Shown here piece after piece: positions 31,663 to 41,182 of a stretch of DNA of 64,000 nucleotides. Position numbers and translations under genes: made by a program. The stretch lies in IMG/VR virus record IMGVR_UViG_3300027808_000024; one strand, given 5' to 3'. The notes beneath the pieces are model-generated. The model did no database searches. It worked only from the letters and a program-made list of their open reading frames with translations, and was not told the origin of the DNA. Position 1 is the stretch's first letter, and the number at the start of each line of letters is the position of its first letter. This DNA comes from an uncultured virus (IMG/VR IMGVR_UViG_3300027808_000024) (lineage: Duplodnaviria; Heunggongvirae; Uroviricota; Caudoviricetes).

Positions 31663-32069
31663 TGTATGAATATTATGTAAAAAAGGTAGAGAACGTAGTA
31701 GATGGAGATACTATTGACGTCATTATTGATTTAGGGTTTGACATTTTGTTTGCATCTCGTGTAAGACTAGCTGGCATTGACACTCCAGAGTCTCGCACTA
31801 AAGATATTAAGGAAAAGGCTCTTGGGCTTGAGTCCAAAGAATACTTAAAGAAGCATTTAAAAGATGCAAAGTCTGTTGTTATCAAGACTGAAAAGATGGA
31901 CTCATCTGAGAAGTATGGTCGCATTTTAGGTTGGGTATATATCAATGGGGATACAGAATCTTTAAATGATAAGATGATAAACGATGGCTACGCTTGGGGA
32001 TATATGGGAGATACTAAAGTAAAAGATTTTGAATTATTAAAAGCAGCCAGAGCAAAATCTGGAAAATGA
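31662..32069 (+). CDS. Thermonuclease (SNase-like)
   Basis: VVDGDTID, RVRLAGIDTPE, KYGRILG. Confidence 0.9.
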   Translation: MYEYYVKKVENVVDGDTIDVIIDLGFDILFASRVRLAGIDTPESRTKDIKEKALGLESKEYLKKHLKDAKSVVIKTEKMDSSEKYGRILGWVYINGDTESLNDKMINDGYAWGYMGDTKVKDFELLKAARAKSGK

Positions 32070-32317
32070 AAACTGTATACTACTTTACTGCAGAGTGGTG
32101 TCAGCCTTGTAAAAAAACAAGACCGATAGTTGAAAAACTAAATCACGATCAACAAAATGCTCTTTTTCAAATAATCGATGTAGATGATTCTGGAGATCTT
32201 GTTAAACATTTTGGAATAAAATCTGTGCCTACTTTTATTTTATTTGAAGACGGTATAGAAAAAAATAGAATCATTGGTGCTCAAACACAAGATCAGTTGG
32301 AGAATTTTATAAAATGA
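32066..32317 (+). CDS. Thioredoxin
   Basis: FTAEWCQPCK, IKSVPTF. Confidence 0.9.
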   Translation: MKTVYYFTAEWCQPCKKTRPIVEKLNHDQQNALFQIIDVDDSGDLVKHFGIKSVPTFILFEDGIEKNRIIGAQTQDQLENFIK

Positions 32318-32649
32318 ATGACGAAACTAACGATATAGAAAAACTAGTTCTTTCAGGGGGCCTTGAGGTCGCTGGTGTAGATTCAGACACTGGGGAACTC
32401 CTGTATACCTTTACGCCTAAAATGAAAAAAATAAATGTTCAGCTATATAACGATCATTTAAACTTCGTTAATTCTGAAATTATGGGGCTGTGGGAAAAGG
32501 GTTTTGTAAATGTAGACCTTATGCTTGAGGAGCCCATAGTAAAGTTAACAGATAAGGCTTTTCTAGATCAAGAACTCAATAAACTAACAAAGCAGCAGAG
32601 ATGGTCTTTGGAGGAAATCAAACGGCTTCTTAAGAGCCGAGAAGTCTGA
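32314..32649 (+). CDS. Hypothetical protein
   Basis: Coupled 111 aa ORF. Confidence 0.55.
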   Translation: MNDETNDIEKLVLSGGLEVAGVDSDTGELLYTFTPKMKKINVQLYNDHLNFVNSEIMGLWEKGFVNVDLMLEEPIVKLTDKAFLDQELNKLTKQQRWSLEEIKRLLKSREV

Positions 32650-32661
32650 TATAATCTTATT

Positions 32662-33519
32662 ATGCCATATCGTGTAGGTGCTAAGGGTTCGTACGGTTGT
32701 TCTGGATACCCTGCTTTAAAAGAGGGAACCAACGAGGTAATGGGCTGTCATGATACTCGTGCACAGGCTGCAGCACAGATCTATGCTATAAATCAATCTG
32801 AAGGAAACATCGGCAAAAATATGCACACTCTTAAAGAGGGTGATTTTGTCATGGGCGCAACAACAGAAGGCCTTGTTCATGGAATGATTGAACACATCAT
32901 GACCGAAGGCGGAACTCTTGGAACTCCTGGAAGTAGATTTGCTCTTGAGTCAAAACCACCAGAGAACCCTGCCATGTCTGTTAGAATTTATGAAGAAAAA
33001 GATGGTGGTTGGGAACCAACTGCTTACAGTATCGGAATGATGTATGTAAATGCAGAAAAAATAGATATTGAAACACATAATATGGATGGAGAAGAAACAA
33101 TGAAATCTTATCATTCAGACAATGAAGATGAAGATAAATGGGACAACATGACGAAGGCTTGCTGGGTAGGATATGAGCAGCAAGGTATGAAAGAAAAAGA
33201 TGGCAGAATGGTTCCTAATTGTGTACCCGTAGGAAAAATAAATAAAGATGAAAACGATATTGATAAAGCAAAAAAACCAAACTATGATGAATTTATTCAG
33301 CCAAGACGTGGAGGATCAACTCCATCAAATCCACGACTATATGCAAGAGTTCAGCGTGAAGCAAAAGATAAATTTGATGTATATCCTTCAGCAGTAGCAA
33401 ATTCTTGGGTGGTTCAAGAATATAAGCGTCGTGGAGGAACATATAAAGGTGAAGGAATTAAAACAACTAAGGATATTTGGGATGGATCTATGTTAGATCC
33501 TAACTCATTTAAAAAATAA
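32662..33519 (+). CDS. Multi-domain hypothetical protein
   Basis: Leaderless start; modules CWVGYEQ.GMK..VPNC and YPSA.AN..VQEYKRRGG.Y. Confidence 0.6.
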   Translation: MPYRVGAKGSYGCSGYPALKEGTNEVMGCHDTRAQAAAQIYAINQSEGNIGKNMHTLKEGDFVMGATTEGLVHGMIEHIMTEGGTLGTPGSRFALESKPPENPAMSVRIYEEKDGGWEPTAYSIGMMYVNAEKIDIETHNMDGEETMKSYHSDNEDEDKWDNMTKACWVGYEQQGMKEKDGRMVPNCVPVGKINKDENDIDKAKKPNYDEFIQPRRGGSTPSNPRLYARVQREAKDKFDVYPSAVANSWVVQEYKRRGGTYKGEGIKTTKDIWDGSMLDPNSFKK

Positions 33520-33656
33520 TGTCATCTGGAAAATTTAAAAGACATGATGGTTTTAATACCGTGCAAATTAAAGACGGAATGATTGTTAGACTTCGTAAAG
33601 ATGGAACTTTAAAAGCAGTTCTTGGAAAATATGGAGAAAAGAAAAATGGAAAGTAG
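33519..33656 (+). CDS. Small basic protein (45 aa, absent from ORF track)
   Basis: MSSGKFKRHDGFNTVQIKDGMIVRLRKDGTLKAVLGKYGEKKNGK; TAATG coupling. Confidence 0.55.
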   Translation: MSSGKFKRHDGFNTVQIKDGMIVRLRKDGTLKAVLGKYGEKKNGK

Positions 33657-34053
33657 AACAAAGGTAGTGCAGCCAGCAGATATGCACAAAGAAGAAACAT
33701 ATACCCCAACCTCTGGAATGAAGGCAGCAGCACGTCGTGCATTGCGCTGGAAAGCCGAGGGTAAAGCCAAAGGGGCAGGAACTCCAGTAGGATGGGGACG
33801 TGCAACAGATATTGTTGCTGGTAGAGCAATGTCTCTTTCTACCGTAAAAAGAATGTATTCTTTCTTTTCCCGTCATGAAGTTGACAAAAAGGGAAAAGAC
33901 TTCTATAATAGTAGTAATCCTTCAAATGGTCGCATAATGTGGGACGCATGGGGAGGGGACGCTGGATTTTCCTGGTCACGTAAAATTGCAGAACGTGAAA
34001 GAAATAAAGCAGTAAAGGCCTGGGAAGGTAGCGCATTTAGTACTAGGGGGTAG
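33646..34053 (+). CDS. Basic phage hypothetical protein
   Basis: GTPVGWGRA..RMYSFFSRH..WDAWGGDAG. Confidence 0.6.
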   Translation: MESRTKVVQPADMHKEETYTPTSGMKAAARRALRWKAEGKAKGAGTPVGWGRATDIVAGRAMSLSTVKRMYSFFSRHEVDKKGKDFYNSSNPSNGRIMWDAWGGDAGFSWSRKIAERERNKAVKAWEGSAFSTRG

Positions 34054-34056
34054 TAC

Positions 34057-34236
34057 ATGGAAGACTTGGGTATTGAAGAAATTAAACAAATTGTTACTTT
34101 CTACAAACAAAGAGCATCAGATTTAGAGTTGTCTAATTTGCAGTGGCAGTTGAAGTATAACAAACTACTTTTAAATAACTCTCAGCCAGTTACAGCAACA
34201 AAGGTAACTGCTGAAAGAAAAACCAAATCTGAATAA
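34057..34236 (+). CDS. Small coiled-coil protein (59 aa, absent from ORF track)
   Basis: MEDLGIEEIKQIVTFYKQRASDLE..; fills the gap; AGGGGG RBS. Confidence 0.55.
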   Translation: MEDLGIEEIKQIVTFYKQRASDLELSNLQWQLKYNKLLLNNSQPVTATKVTAERKTKSE

Positions 34237-34241
34237 TAAAA

Positions 34242-34658
34242 ATGGAATATGGGATTATTGGTGCGTTGGCACTGGCGTTTTCTTTTTTAATTATTTATTG
34301 GATTGGTTTGAAAAGAAAAATATCCAATAAAAGAGTTATCTATCGTCAAAGTGATACCCATGCATTTTTAAAAGAGTTTTTTTCAAGACAAACATCTCAA
34401 ACAAAAAAGAAATCTCAACTTGAACAAAGAAAAGAAAGACAGGGCACAAAAATAATTGTTACAGAAGATGAAGTAGCATATTGGGTATCTGATAATATTT
34501 TTTTTAGTACAGAGGTCATTGACGGCAGACCAGATTTTGAAAACGCAAGACCAGTAGATACTTCAAGTATGTCTAAGAAGGAACTTGACAAAATGCTCTT
34601 TATACTGGATAATTTAGGTAGAGGTGATAAGAATGAACGTGGTAGTTCAGGGAACTAG
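34242..34658 (+). CDS. N-terminally membrane-anchored protein
   Basis: Single N-terminal TM. Confidence 0.55.
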   Translation: MEYGIIGALALAFSFLIIYWIGLKRKISNKRVIYRQSDTHAFLKEFFSRQTSQTKKKSQLEQRKERQGTKIIVTEDEVAYWVSDNIFFSTEVIDGRPDFENARPVDTSSMSKKELDKMLFILDNLGRGDKNERGSSGN

Positions 34659-34983
34659 CGATTTTGATGAATACAATGTATTCCTTCGTGCTATGGGTGT
34701 AGCAATGTCCAGCATGAAAGAAGCAGATGAGTATTTCTATGTTTATTCTGTAGGACCTGCCAGAATTAACTCAATGGTTTCTGAGTTCTGCAATCTGTCA
34801 GAACGAGGAATGAAAGCCAGAGGTAAAAAGATAAAGTATTACAAGGTGCCATTTTCTTGGGTTGAAGAGAATATGGATGACATGGACTACTTTGCTTTTT
34901 TAAGTAAACCAAAACAAACTGTGTCAAAGTTAATCGCAAATGCAGAATTAAAAGGTAAAGAAGTGGGGATATTTAGATACTAA
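34633..34983 (+). CDS. Hypothetical protein, SLOG/YspA-like
   Basis: VVVQGTSDFDEY start; Rossmann-like pattern. Confidence 0.4.
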   Translation: MNVVVQGTSDFDEYNVFLRAMGVAMSSMKEADEYFYVYSVGPARINSMVSEFCNLSERGMKARGKKIKYYKVPFSWVEENMDDMDYFAFLSKPKQTVSKLIANAELKGKEVGIFRY

Positions 34984-35936
34984 TGACAACTCAAGATCCA
35001 AGATTTTTTTGTTATAAGGAAGAGTATTTTGGCGGTACTGAATATATGGCCAGGCATTTTCATAAAAATGTTGCTCCGTATGTTCAACAATTAAAAGAAT
35101 ATAATTGTTTAATTCTTCCAGGTCAAACAGATAGATCATACTTTGAACTTGTTTATGAACCTAAAGAAATAATTATATGGCTTCATAATCTTGTTGATCA
35201 GTTTGGTTATCAACTCTATTATATATTTACAGATAAAAGGTTTCTTGCTAAAATAAAATATATTATAACTGTTTCTGAATATCACAGGCAGGATGTAATA
35301 AAGAAAACTGGCATAGATCCAGACAAGGTGCTTGTTATATATAACGCTATAGATCCAGTAATAAATGATTTATCAAGGTTTGAAAATGTAAAAGTTCCAG
35401 AATTAATATACACGTCTTCTCCAGGAAGAGGTTTGGAGATAGGCCTTAAGGCTCTTTCAGAATTAGATGTTGATTTTAGACTAAGCATATTTAACGAGAT
35501 TGTTCCAGATTTAATCAAAGCAGACAGTGCTAATAAGAAAATCTTAGAAGATCCAAGATTTTACTTTTATGGAAAGACTCCACACAAAACGGTTCTAGAT
35601 CATATGTCTCGTTCTCATATATTTATGCATACGAGCAGTTGGCATGAAACATTCTGTCTATCTCTTGTTGAGGGGCTTAGTGCAAACTGTTTATCGGTTT
35701 ACAGCACATTTGGCTCCCTTAAAGAAGTTGGTAGTGGCTTAGGAATATCATATGATATAGATGGTAAAACAGAAAAACAACATGTGGAAATCTTTAAAGA
35801 AAAGATAACTACAGCAATTGACATGATCAAAAAGGGAAAATTTGATCCAGGCAGTCAAGCAGAAACAATAAACAATAAATTTTCCTGGGATGTTTTTAGA
35901 AATTCTTGGTTAGATTTTTATGAAAAGAGAATATAA
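34983..35936 (+). CDS. Glycosyltransferase, GT-B (GT4-like)
   Basis: GGTE, VSEYH, YTSSPGRGL, ETFCLSLVE (E-x7-E). Confidence 0.85.
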   Translation: MTTQDPRFFCYKEEYFGGTEYMARHFHKNVAPYVQQLKEYNCLILPGQTDRSYFELVYEPKEIIIWLHNLVDQFGYQLYYIFTDKRFLAKIKYIITVSEYHRQDVIKKTGIDPDKVLVIYNAIDPVINDLSRFENVKVPELIYTSSPGRGLEIGLKALSELDVDFRLSIFNEIVPDLIKADSANKKILEDPRFYFYGKTPHKTVLDHMSRSHIFMHTSSWHETFCLSLVEGLSANCLSVYSTFGSLKEVGSGLGISYDIDGKTEKQHVEIFKEKITTAIDMIKKGKFDPGSQAETINNKFSWDVFRNSWLDFYEKRI

Positions 35937-36146
35937 ATGGAAATAAAAGATTTAGACTTAATGGAAAAAATAGTTAAAAAGTATAAAAACTTGAGTTGGA
36001 TTGGTTGGGATGTGGTTGATCGTCGCCCTACCCAGGCTGGTAGAACCGCTATTAATGGTGTTAGGGTCGGTAGTCAATGGTACGTCCAGACAGCTTATCC
36101 AGTAACAACCAAAGGATGGGATATACCGAATAAGTATAGGATGTAA
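35937..36146 (+). CDS. Hypothetical protein
   Basis: Adjacent 69 aa ORF. Confidence 0.5.
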   Translation: MEIKDLDLMEKIVKKYKNLSWIGWDVVDRRPTQAGRTAINGVRVGSQWYVQTAYPVTTKGWDIPNKYRM

Positions 36147-36148
36147 AC

Positions 36149-36430
36149 GTGAAGCAACATTTATGGAAAGATGATGCTTTGTGTTTGGGATCCGAAACAA
36201 ACCTTTTCTTTGATACATACGAAGAAAATCCAGAAACCAGAGAGTTCGTAGACTCTTTGTGTCGCACATGCCCCATGGCAAGAAAGTGTTTTGCAGTGGG
36301 GGTATCTGGTAAAGAATGGGGAGTATGGGGCGGAGTATACCTAGAAGATGGCGAGATATCAAAAGAATTTAATAATCATAAGACCAAAAAAGATTGGTCT
36401 TACACTTGGCAAGCATTAACAATGGGGTAA
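36149..36430 (+). CDS. whiB: WhiB-family Fe-S transcription factor
   Basis: C...FF...CRTCPMARKC..GVWGG. Confidence 0.9.
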   Translation: MKQHLWKDDALCLGSETNLFFDTYEENPETREFVDSLCRTCPMARKCFAVGVSGKEWGVWGGVYLEDGEISKEFNNHKTKKDWSYTWQALTMG

Positions 36431-36432
36431 GT

Positions 36433-36663
36433 ATGTATACAGACAATATGCGTAGGGCTTTTCATTCTATACCAGCGCCAAAAAACTTTACTATTTCTAT
36501 TATTGACAACGAACACTTCATTACGATAAAATTAGATGAAAGATCTTTTCTGCCTTTAAGTCATGATGAAAAGATAGATGCAGTAAAGTATGTAACATTA
36601 GTCAAAAAGGCTTTGGAGATGGAGGGGGCTATCGTAATGGTAACACGAGAGCCACTAAAATGA
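36433..36663 (+). CDS. Hypothetical protein
   Basis: ATG right after whiB stop. Confidence 0.5.
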   Translation: MYTDNMRRAFHSIPAPKNFTISIIDNEHFITIKLDERSFLPLSHDEKIDAVKYVTLVKKALEMEGAIVMVTREPLK

Positions 36664-36790
36664 TTAGATTAATGTTTAAATCTTTAATTTGTATTGCAAA
36701 AAATCACAATTATGTTGATTTGGGCAAATGTCCATTTACTGGCAATAACTATAAAATGTGTACAAGGTGTCAAGAAATGGTAACAAAATA

Positions 36791-37288
36791 ATGCAAACAT
36801 TTTTACCATCATCAAATTTTGCAAGGTGTGCAGAATTGCTTGATAACAAAAGACTAAACAAACAAATTTTAGAGGGCTATCAGATTCTTAATGTAAATTC
36901 TGGCATGTCAAAAACTGGTGGTTGGCGTAATCATCCAGCAGTTTTGATGTGGAAAAATCATGAGGGGCATTTATTTTATTACATTTCTGAGATGGTCAAA
37001 GAGGCAAAACTTCGAGGAATAAATACAACAGGTAATGAATCAAATATAAATATGCTAATGGGCAAGGTTGGAGATAGCTGGAATTACGATTCACCTTCTT
37101 GGATGCTTGACAATAACAAACTTATGCGTGTAATTACAACACATAGGGCAAATTTATTTAAAAAAGATCCTTTATATTATGCTAGGTTTCAAAGTTCTAT
37201 GAATAGTCCTTGGAATAACCCTTGCTGTCCAGATCGCAAAACACCGTGTCAATACTACTGGGTAACTCATGAAAGTAGAGTACAATAG
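36791..37288 (+). CDS. Pyrimidine-dimer DNA glycosylase (DenV/MSMEG_6728-like)
   Basis: MQTFLP..LDNKRLNKQILE..WRNHPAVLMW..HRANL.KKDP.YY. Confidence 0.85.
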   Translation: MQTFLPSSNFARCAELLDNKRLNKQILEGYQILNVNSGMSKTGGWRNHPAVLMWKNHEGHLFYYISEMVKEAKLRGINTTGNESNINMLMGKVGDSWNYDSPSWMLDNNKLMRVITTHRANLFKKDPLYYARFQSSMNSPWNNPCCPDRKTPCQYYWVTHESRVQ

Positions 37289-37292
37289 GTAT

Positions 37293-37724
37293 ATGGACTT
37301 TCTAACATTAATTCTTGGAATTTTTTCTGTATCTTTTGCTGTTGCATATACACTTTCAGTTTATAGATCAAAAAAATTAACAAAAGCATTTGCAAAACTT
37401 TTAATGTCTCAAGCCCAACTAGAGCAGGCACAAGAAAACTTTTTTAAAACAACAGCAGCAATTAATGATTCTGATGTTCACACTCAAAACTTTATAAAAT
37501 TTTTATCTGATTCTCGTGATTGGGCATTTCAGTATATAGAAGAGGTGCAAAATGGTTTACAAAAATTTGTTGAAGAAGTAGAGCCACAGATTAACCATTA
37601 TAATAGATATGGTGCTGCAATAGAAGGAACTATGCCACCATATGATATTGCTTTGAAAAAAATTTCAAAGGAGATGGAAGATCTTAAAAAGTTTCTTCCA
37701 GAAGAAACAATTGATAGACGCTAG
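37293..37724 (+). CDS. Membrane-anchored hypothetical protein
   Basis: N-terminal TM; leaderless from TACAAT at 37281. Confidence 0.55.
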   Translation: MDFLTLILGIFSVSFAVAYTLSVYRSKKLTKAFAKLLMSQAQLEQAQENFFKTTAAINDSDVHTQNFIKFLSDSRDWAFQYIEEVQNGLQKFVEEVEPQINHYNRYGAAIEGTMPPYDIALKKISKEMEDLKKFLPEETIDRR

Positions 37725-37908
37725 AGGAATTCCAACTTGTACCTGCCCTAATTGTGGAGGGGTATTGTTTAGAGCCCTTGTATCTTTTGATCCAGAAACC
37801 TACACAATAGGAATGTATCATTTAGACATTCAGTGTAATGATTGTGGTGCTTTTGCTACTGCCCCAACTCCGACAGATAATCCAACACAAAGCAATGATT
37901 CAATTTAA
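37711..37908 (+). CDS. Small Zn-ribbon protein
   Basis: CPNC...CNDC. Confidence 0.55.
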   Translation: MIDARGIPTCTCPNCGGVLFRALVSFDPETYTIGMYHLDIQCNDCGAFATAPTPTDNPTQSNDSI

Positions 37909-38058
37909 ATTAAAAACTGCAGAAGAAGTTTATGAATACATTTATCCTGTGTGCGAAGTAAAAGATTGTACAACGGAAAGTGAAAAATTGACTTCAACTG
38001 AAACAAGATTCGTAGACTTTTGTAAAAAACACTACGAAAATTATATTATGGGGGAGAT

Positions 38059-38217
38059 ATGAAAGAAATCGTAATGTCCGTTTTAACAGGTTTTGGATGT
38101 GGCCTAATATTTGCTGCATTCAAATTGCCAGTTCCAGCACCACCAGTTTTTGCGGGAGTCGCAGGAATTATTGGTCTTTGGGCTGGTTATGCTATACTAA
38201 TAAAGGTTCTATCCTAG
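38059..38217 (+). CDS. XapX/DUF1427-like small membrane protein (absent from ORF track)
   Basis: MKEIVMSVLTGFGCGLIFAAFKLPVPAPPVFAGVAGIIGLWAGY; GGAG RBS. Confidence 0.75.
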   Translation: MKEIVMSVLTGFGCGLIFAAFKLPVPAPPVFAGVAGIIGLWAGYAILIKVLS

Positions 38218-38226
38218 GAGGAAAAA

Positions 38227-38481
38227 ATGGAACTTAAAAAAGAACACAAAGCAATGCTTGCATCCTATGGTCGTTCAGTAGTCGGCGCAGCATCAGCACT
38301 TTACGTTGCAGGAGTAACAGATCCAAAGGATCTATGGGCAGCACTCGTAGGAGCGCTTATACCAGTACTAGCACGTGCAGTTAATCCAAACGATCCAGCA
38401 TTTGGTCGTATGCCAGCAGCAAAGGCTGTTGAGAAAGCACTTAGCAAGGCTAAGGCTAAAAAGAAGAAGGCTGCAGAGTAA
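38227..38481 (+). CDS. Holin-like membrane protein
   Basis: GGAGG RBS; 2 hydrophobic helices, NPNDPAFG, basic tail. Confidence 0.6.
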   Translation: MELKKEHKAMLASYGRSVVGAASALYVAGVTDPKDLWAALVGALIPVLARAVNPNDPAFGRMPAAKAVEKALSKAKAKKKKAAE

Positions 38482-38495
38482 TTAGTTATTCTGTA

Positions 38496-38534
38496 AAAGA
38501 AAGCGGGCTTAGAAATAGGCCCGCTTTTTATTTT
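38496..38534. terminator. Bidirectional terminator at convergence of the two arms
   Basis: AAAGCGGGC...GCCCGCTTT flanked by A and T runs. Confidence 0.85.
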
Positions 38535-39577
38535 AAAGAATCAAAAAGTTCTAGATACCTATCTTTAAGAACTTCTACGGAAAAAGATCCAATGCCAATT
38601 TCAAGAGCATCACGCTTAACTTGCTGTTTTAGTTTTTTATTCATGCCAACATAATTATCAATGAGTTTGGCTAATTCTACAGGGTCCGCACCATAAACAT
38701 CTATGGTAGATTTTGCTCTAAACTCTGTAACCTTTGTTGCACCAACAAGCCATTCTTTTGGCAAAACCTGATTATTTGGAGATAGGTCTGTCATAAATAC
38801 AGGCATTCCACTTATCAAAGCCTCATTCATTGGAAGGCATAGCCCAGCATATCTTCTTGGTAAAACCATACCATCAAAACCATAATACAGATCCTGTCTA
38901 TTTTTAACATTTTGATACAGCAAAGATACTCTAGGATCTCTTGGTTTTCCATCAAATTCGGTTTGAGATGTTATGACTAAGTTGTAATCTTCTTTAGAAT
39001 ATCTTAGCATTTCTAATACAGTGTCTGTTCCATTTCTATCCCGTGCTGCTTTTTTACCACCCACATGAAGTATTCTGTTATGTACTCTTGACATGTTGTG
39101 AGTTCTAGATTTATCAAATAATGTTATTTCAGTTGGTGGTGGTAGGTGGGCAAGCATGGTCTTATCACTAAAAAGTTTCTGCATTTTTTCAAAGTTCCAT
39201 AGGCTTGGAGCAAGCAAAACATCTGGAAGCGGGGCATCTTTTTGTTCTAAATTTAATAAAAATTCATAGTTGTATTGAAGAACAGTCTTCACTCCCATAT
39301 CCCTTGCTACATCTACAAACAAAGAACTATAAAATGTTTCACAAGACAATACAACATCCAGGTCTCTAAGAAAAGAAATGACCTCTCCACGCTTGGGAAA
39401 TCCTGCACGTGTTACCGTATAATCATAGTCTTGATACCAGTCAAAATTTTGTTTGTTTTTATTAAAAAAGGTAGAGTTAACAACTAAAACTTTTTTAGGA
39501 TTTAACATCTTGACAAGTTCTCTAGTCTGAGTACCAAGACCAGTATTATCTGATCTTGCTATGATTCCTAGTTTCAT
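38528..39577 (-). CDS. Glycosyltransferase (GT4-like)
   Basis: PRRYAGLCLPMNEALISGMPV GT-B C-terminal motif. Confidence 0.8.
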   Translation of the reverse strand: MKLGIIARSDNTGLGTQTRELVKMLNPKKVLVVNSTFFNKNKQNFDWYQDYDYTVTRAGFPKRGEVISFLRDLDVVLSCETFYSSLFVDVARDMGVKTVLQYNYEFLLNLEQKDAPLPDVLLAPSLWNFEKMQKLFSDKTMLAHLPPPTEITLFDKSRTHNMSRVHNRILHVGGKKAARDRNGTDTVLEMLRYSKEDYNLVITSQTEFDGKPRDPRVSLLYQNVKNRQDLYYGFDGMVLPRRYAGLCLPMNEALISGMPVFMTDLSPNNQVLPKEWLVGATKVTEFRAKSTIDVYGADPVELAKLIDNYVGMNKKLKQQVKRDALEIGIGSFSVEVLKDRYLELFDSLK

Positions 39578-40335
39578 TCTTTATACCCCCAGGCTTGATC
39601 ATCTGAAGTAAATTTACGTGTACCTTTGCGTCCATCTAGGTGGTAGGATCGTTTGATATTGCCCTCTGGGTGATATATCCAAAGTTTATGAATGTTCCAA
39701 CCCTCATCGCTGAAACTGTTGTAAGGAAATGAATCGTCTTGAATTTTTCCATGAAATCTATCTTCTATAAAAGATTTTTCTTGGCAGAATGGCAGAACAA
39801 CATTTTTATAATAATCTTTTTTAGATAGGTGTGGTCTTTGACTCCATTGTGCAGTTTTCATAAAACCATCTTCTAACTCAATCATCAAGTGTTTATGGGG
39901 ATTTGGAATTGTAGCCTCAAAGTGAAAACGAATAGTATTTGCTTTACCATATTCAAGCATATCTAAACACTTTTGCCAATCAATTGGTAAGTCTGGTGTT
40001 AGTGGAGCATCCCCTTCAACATAAAGAAGAGCAGATGTTTTAACTTCATCGATTGTTCTAAACATCATTGTGGTTTGATGACAGTGCTCCTCAAAAATAA
40101 AAGGTAATACATTTTTGTATTCATGTAAACATTTCCATAATATGCGATTTTTATATTCATCATAATCTTTCTTACGATGTTGTTGTTCTTCTCTAAGACC
40201 ATCAATCTGCATAATAATTTCATTATCTGGAAAATGAACACGAACGTCTTTAATTGTTTGCTCTATCATCTCTGTGCTTGGATGATCTGGAATCACAGAG
40301 GTGGCTAGGATAATAGTTACATCATTAATGTTCAT
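39574..40335 (-). CDS. Putative GT-A glycosyltransferase
   Basis: VTIILATS..LLYVEGD; cluster context. Confidence 0.55.
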   Translation of the reverse strand: MNINDVTIILATSVIPDHPSTEMIEQTIKDVRVHFPDNEIIMQIDGLREEQQHRKKDYDEYKNRILWKCLHEYKNVLPFIFEEHCHQTTMMFRTIDEVKTSALLYVEGDAPLTPDLPIDWQKCLDMLEYGKANTIRFHFEATIPNPHKHLMIELEDGFMKTAQWSQRPHLSKKDYYKNVVLPFCQEKSFIEDRFHGKIQDDSFPYNSFSDEGWNIHKLWIYHPEGNIKRSYHLDGRKGTRKFTSDDQAWGYKE

Positions 40336-41182
40336 TTAAATGTCTCATTATCTTAAAAGAAAAATCTCTTTTATATTTTAACCACCAGCATACGGCTCTG
40401 TGAAGATTTGCTGGATAATCATTCATTAGTTTTTCAAAAATGTTAGGCAATTCATTCCAGTCGTAAGTTAACTCTATTGGAACATTTTTGCCATAAACAT
40501 AATCGTAAAAATTTATTTCTCTGCCCTTCGGATCTTTACGATCTCCTATTGGTAAGGTCAACATTTCTATTGCCTCAAAAAACCTAAATGAATCTATTAC
40601 TTGTGCACCAGATGGGGATGGAGCAACTTTTGCGCTTGCCAGTTTGCGATAGTACTCTTGTGGTGGATCCCCCTGTGCAAAGCCCTCTGTAGGGCAATAT
40701 AGGGCGTTTTTGACTGCAGACATGGCCTTGGCTAACTCTTGCCTACGCTGATGAGTTATTTGTCCACCAAAATAAATATCATATTCTTTAATAGGATAAT
40801 TAGGAAGATTATTTTTAAGGTGCTGAGGAACTCCAATAAAAAATCTATTGTATTTTTCATGTTTTGGGTGAGGGTATTGAATCCAAATACTTATATTAGG
40901 ATGCTTAATTGCATCAACATTAAACAAACCTTGCTCATCTCCAGTTATAAATAATACAACACGATTAAGGTTTGCTAGTTCTTTGTTTATTTGTTCTTCA
41001 CTACCTGCATTTCCCTGGCCTGGTATTACAACAAAAGCTCTATCATCTTTAGGAATGCAGGTAACTAAAATTTCTTCTACACGGTTTCTATTGAATGCTT
41101 CTTTAAGCAAGCCGTAATCCCATTTGCCATTAGCAGAATCTAGTGGATCTGTAGAAAAAATATATACTTTAGATTGATTCAT
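40325..41182 (-). CDS. Putative glycosyltransferase (exostosin/GT47-like)
   Basis: YFGGQ..RR..APSPSG..SFRFFEAIE..LPI. Confidence 0.65.
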   Translation of the reverse strand: MNQSKVYIFSTDPLDSANGKWDYGLLKEAFNRNRVEEILVTCIPKDDRAFVVIPGQGNAGSEEQINKELANLNRVVLFITGDEQGLFNVDAIKHPNISIWIQYPHPKHEKYNRFFIGVPQHLKNNLPNYPIKEYDIYFGGQITHQRRQELAKAMSAVKNALYCPTEGFAQGDPPQEYYRKLASAKVAPSPSGAQVIDSFRFFEAIEMLTLPIGDRKDPKGREINFYDYVYGKNVPIELTYDWNELPNIFEKLMNDYPANLHRAVCWWLKYKRDFSFKIMRHLNEH

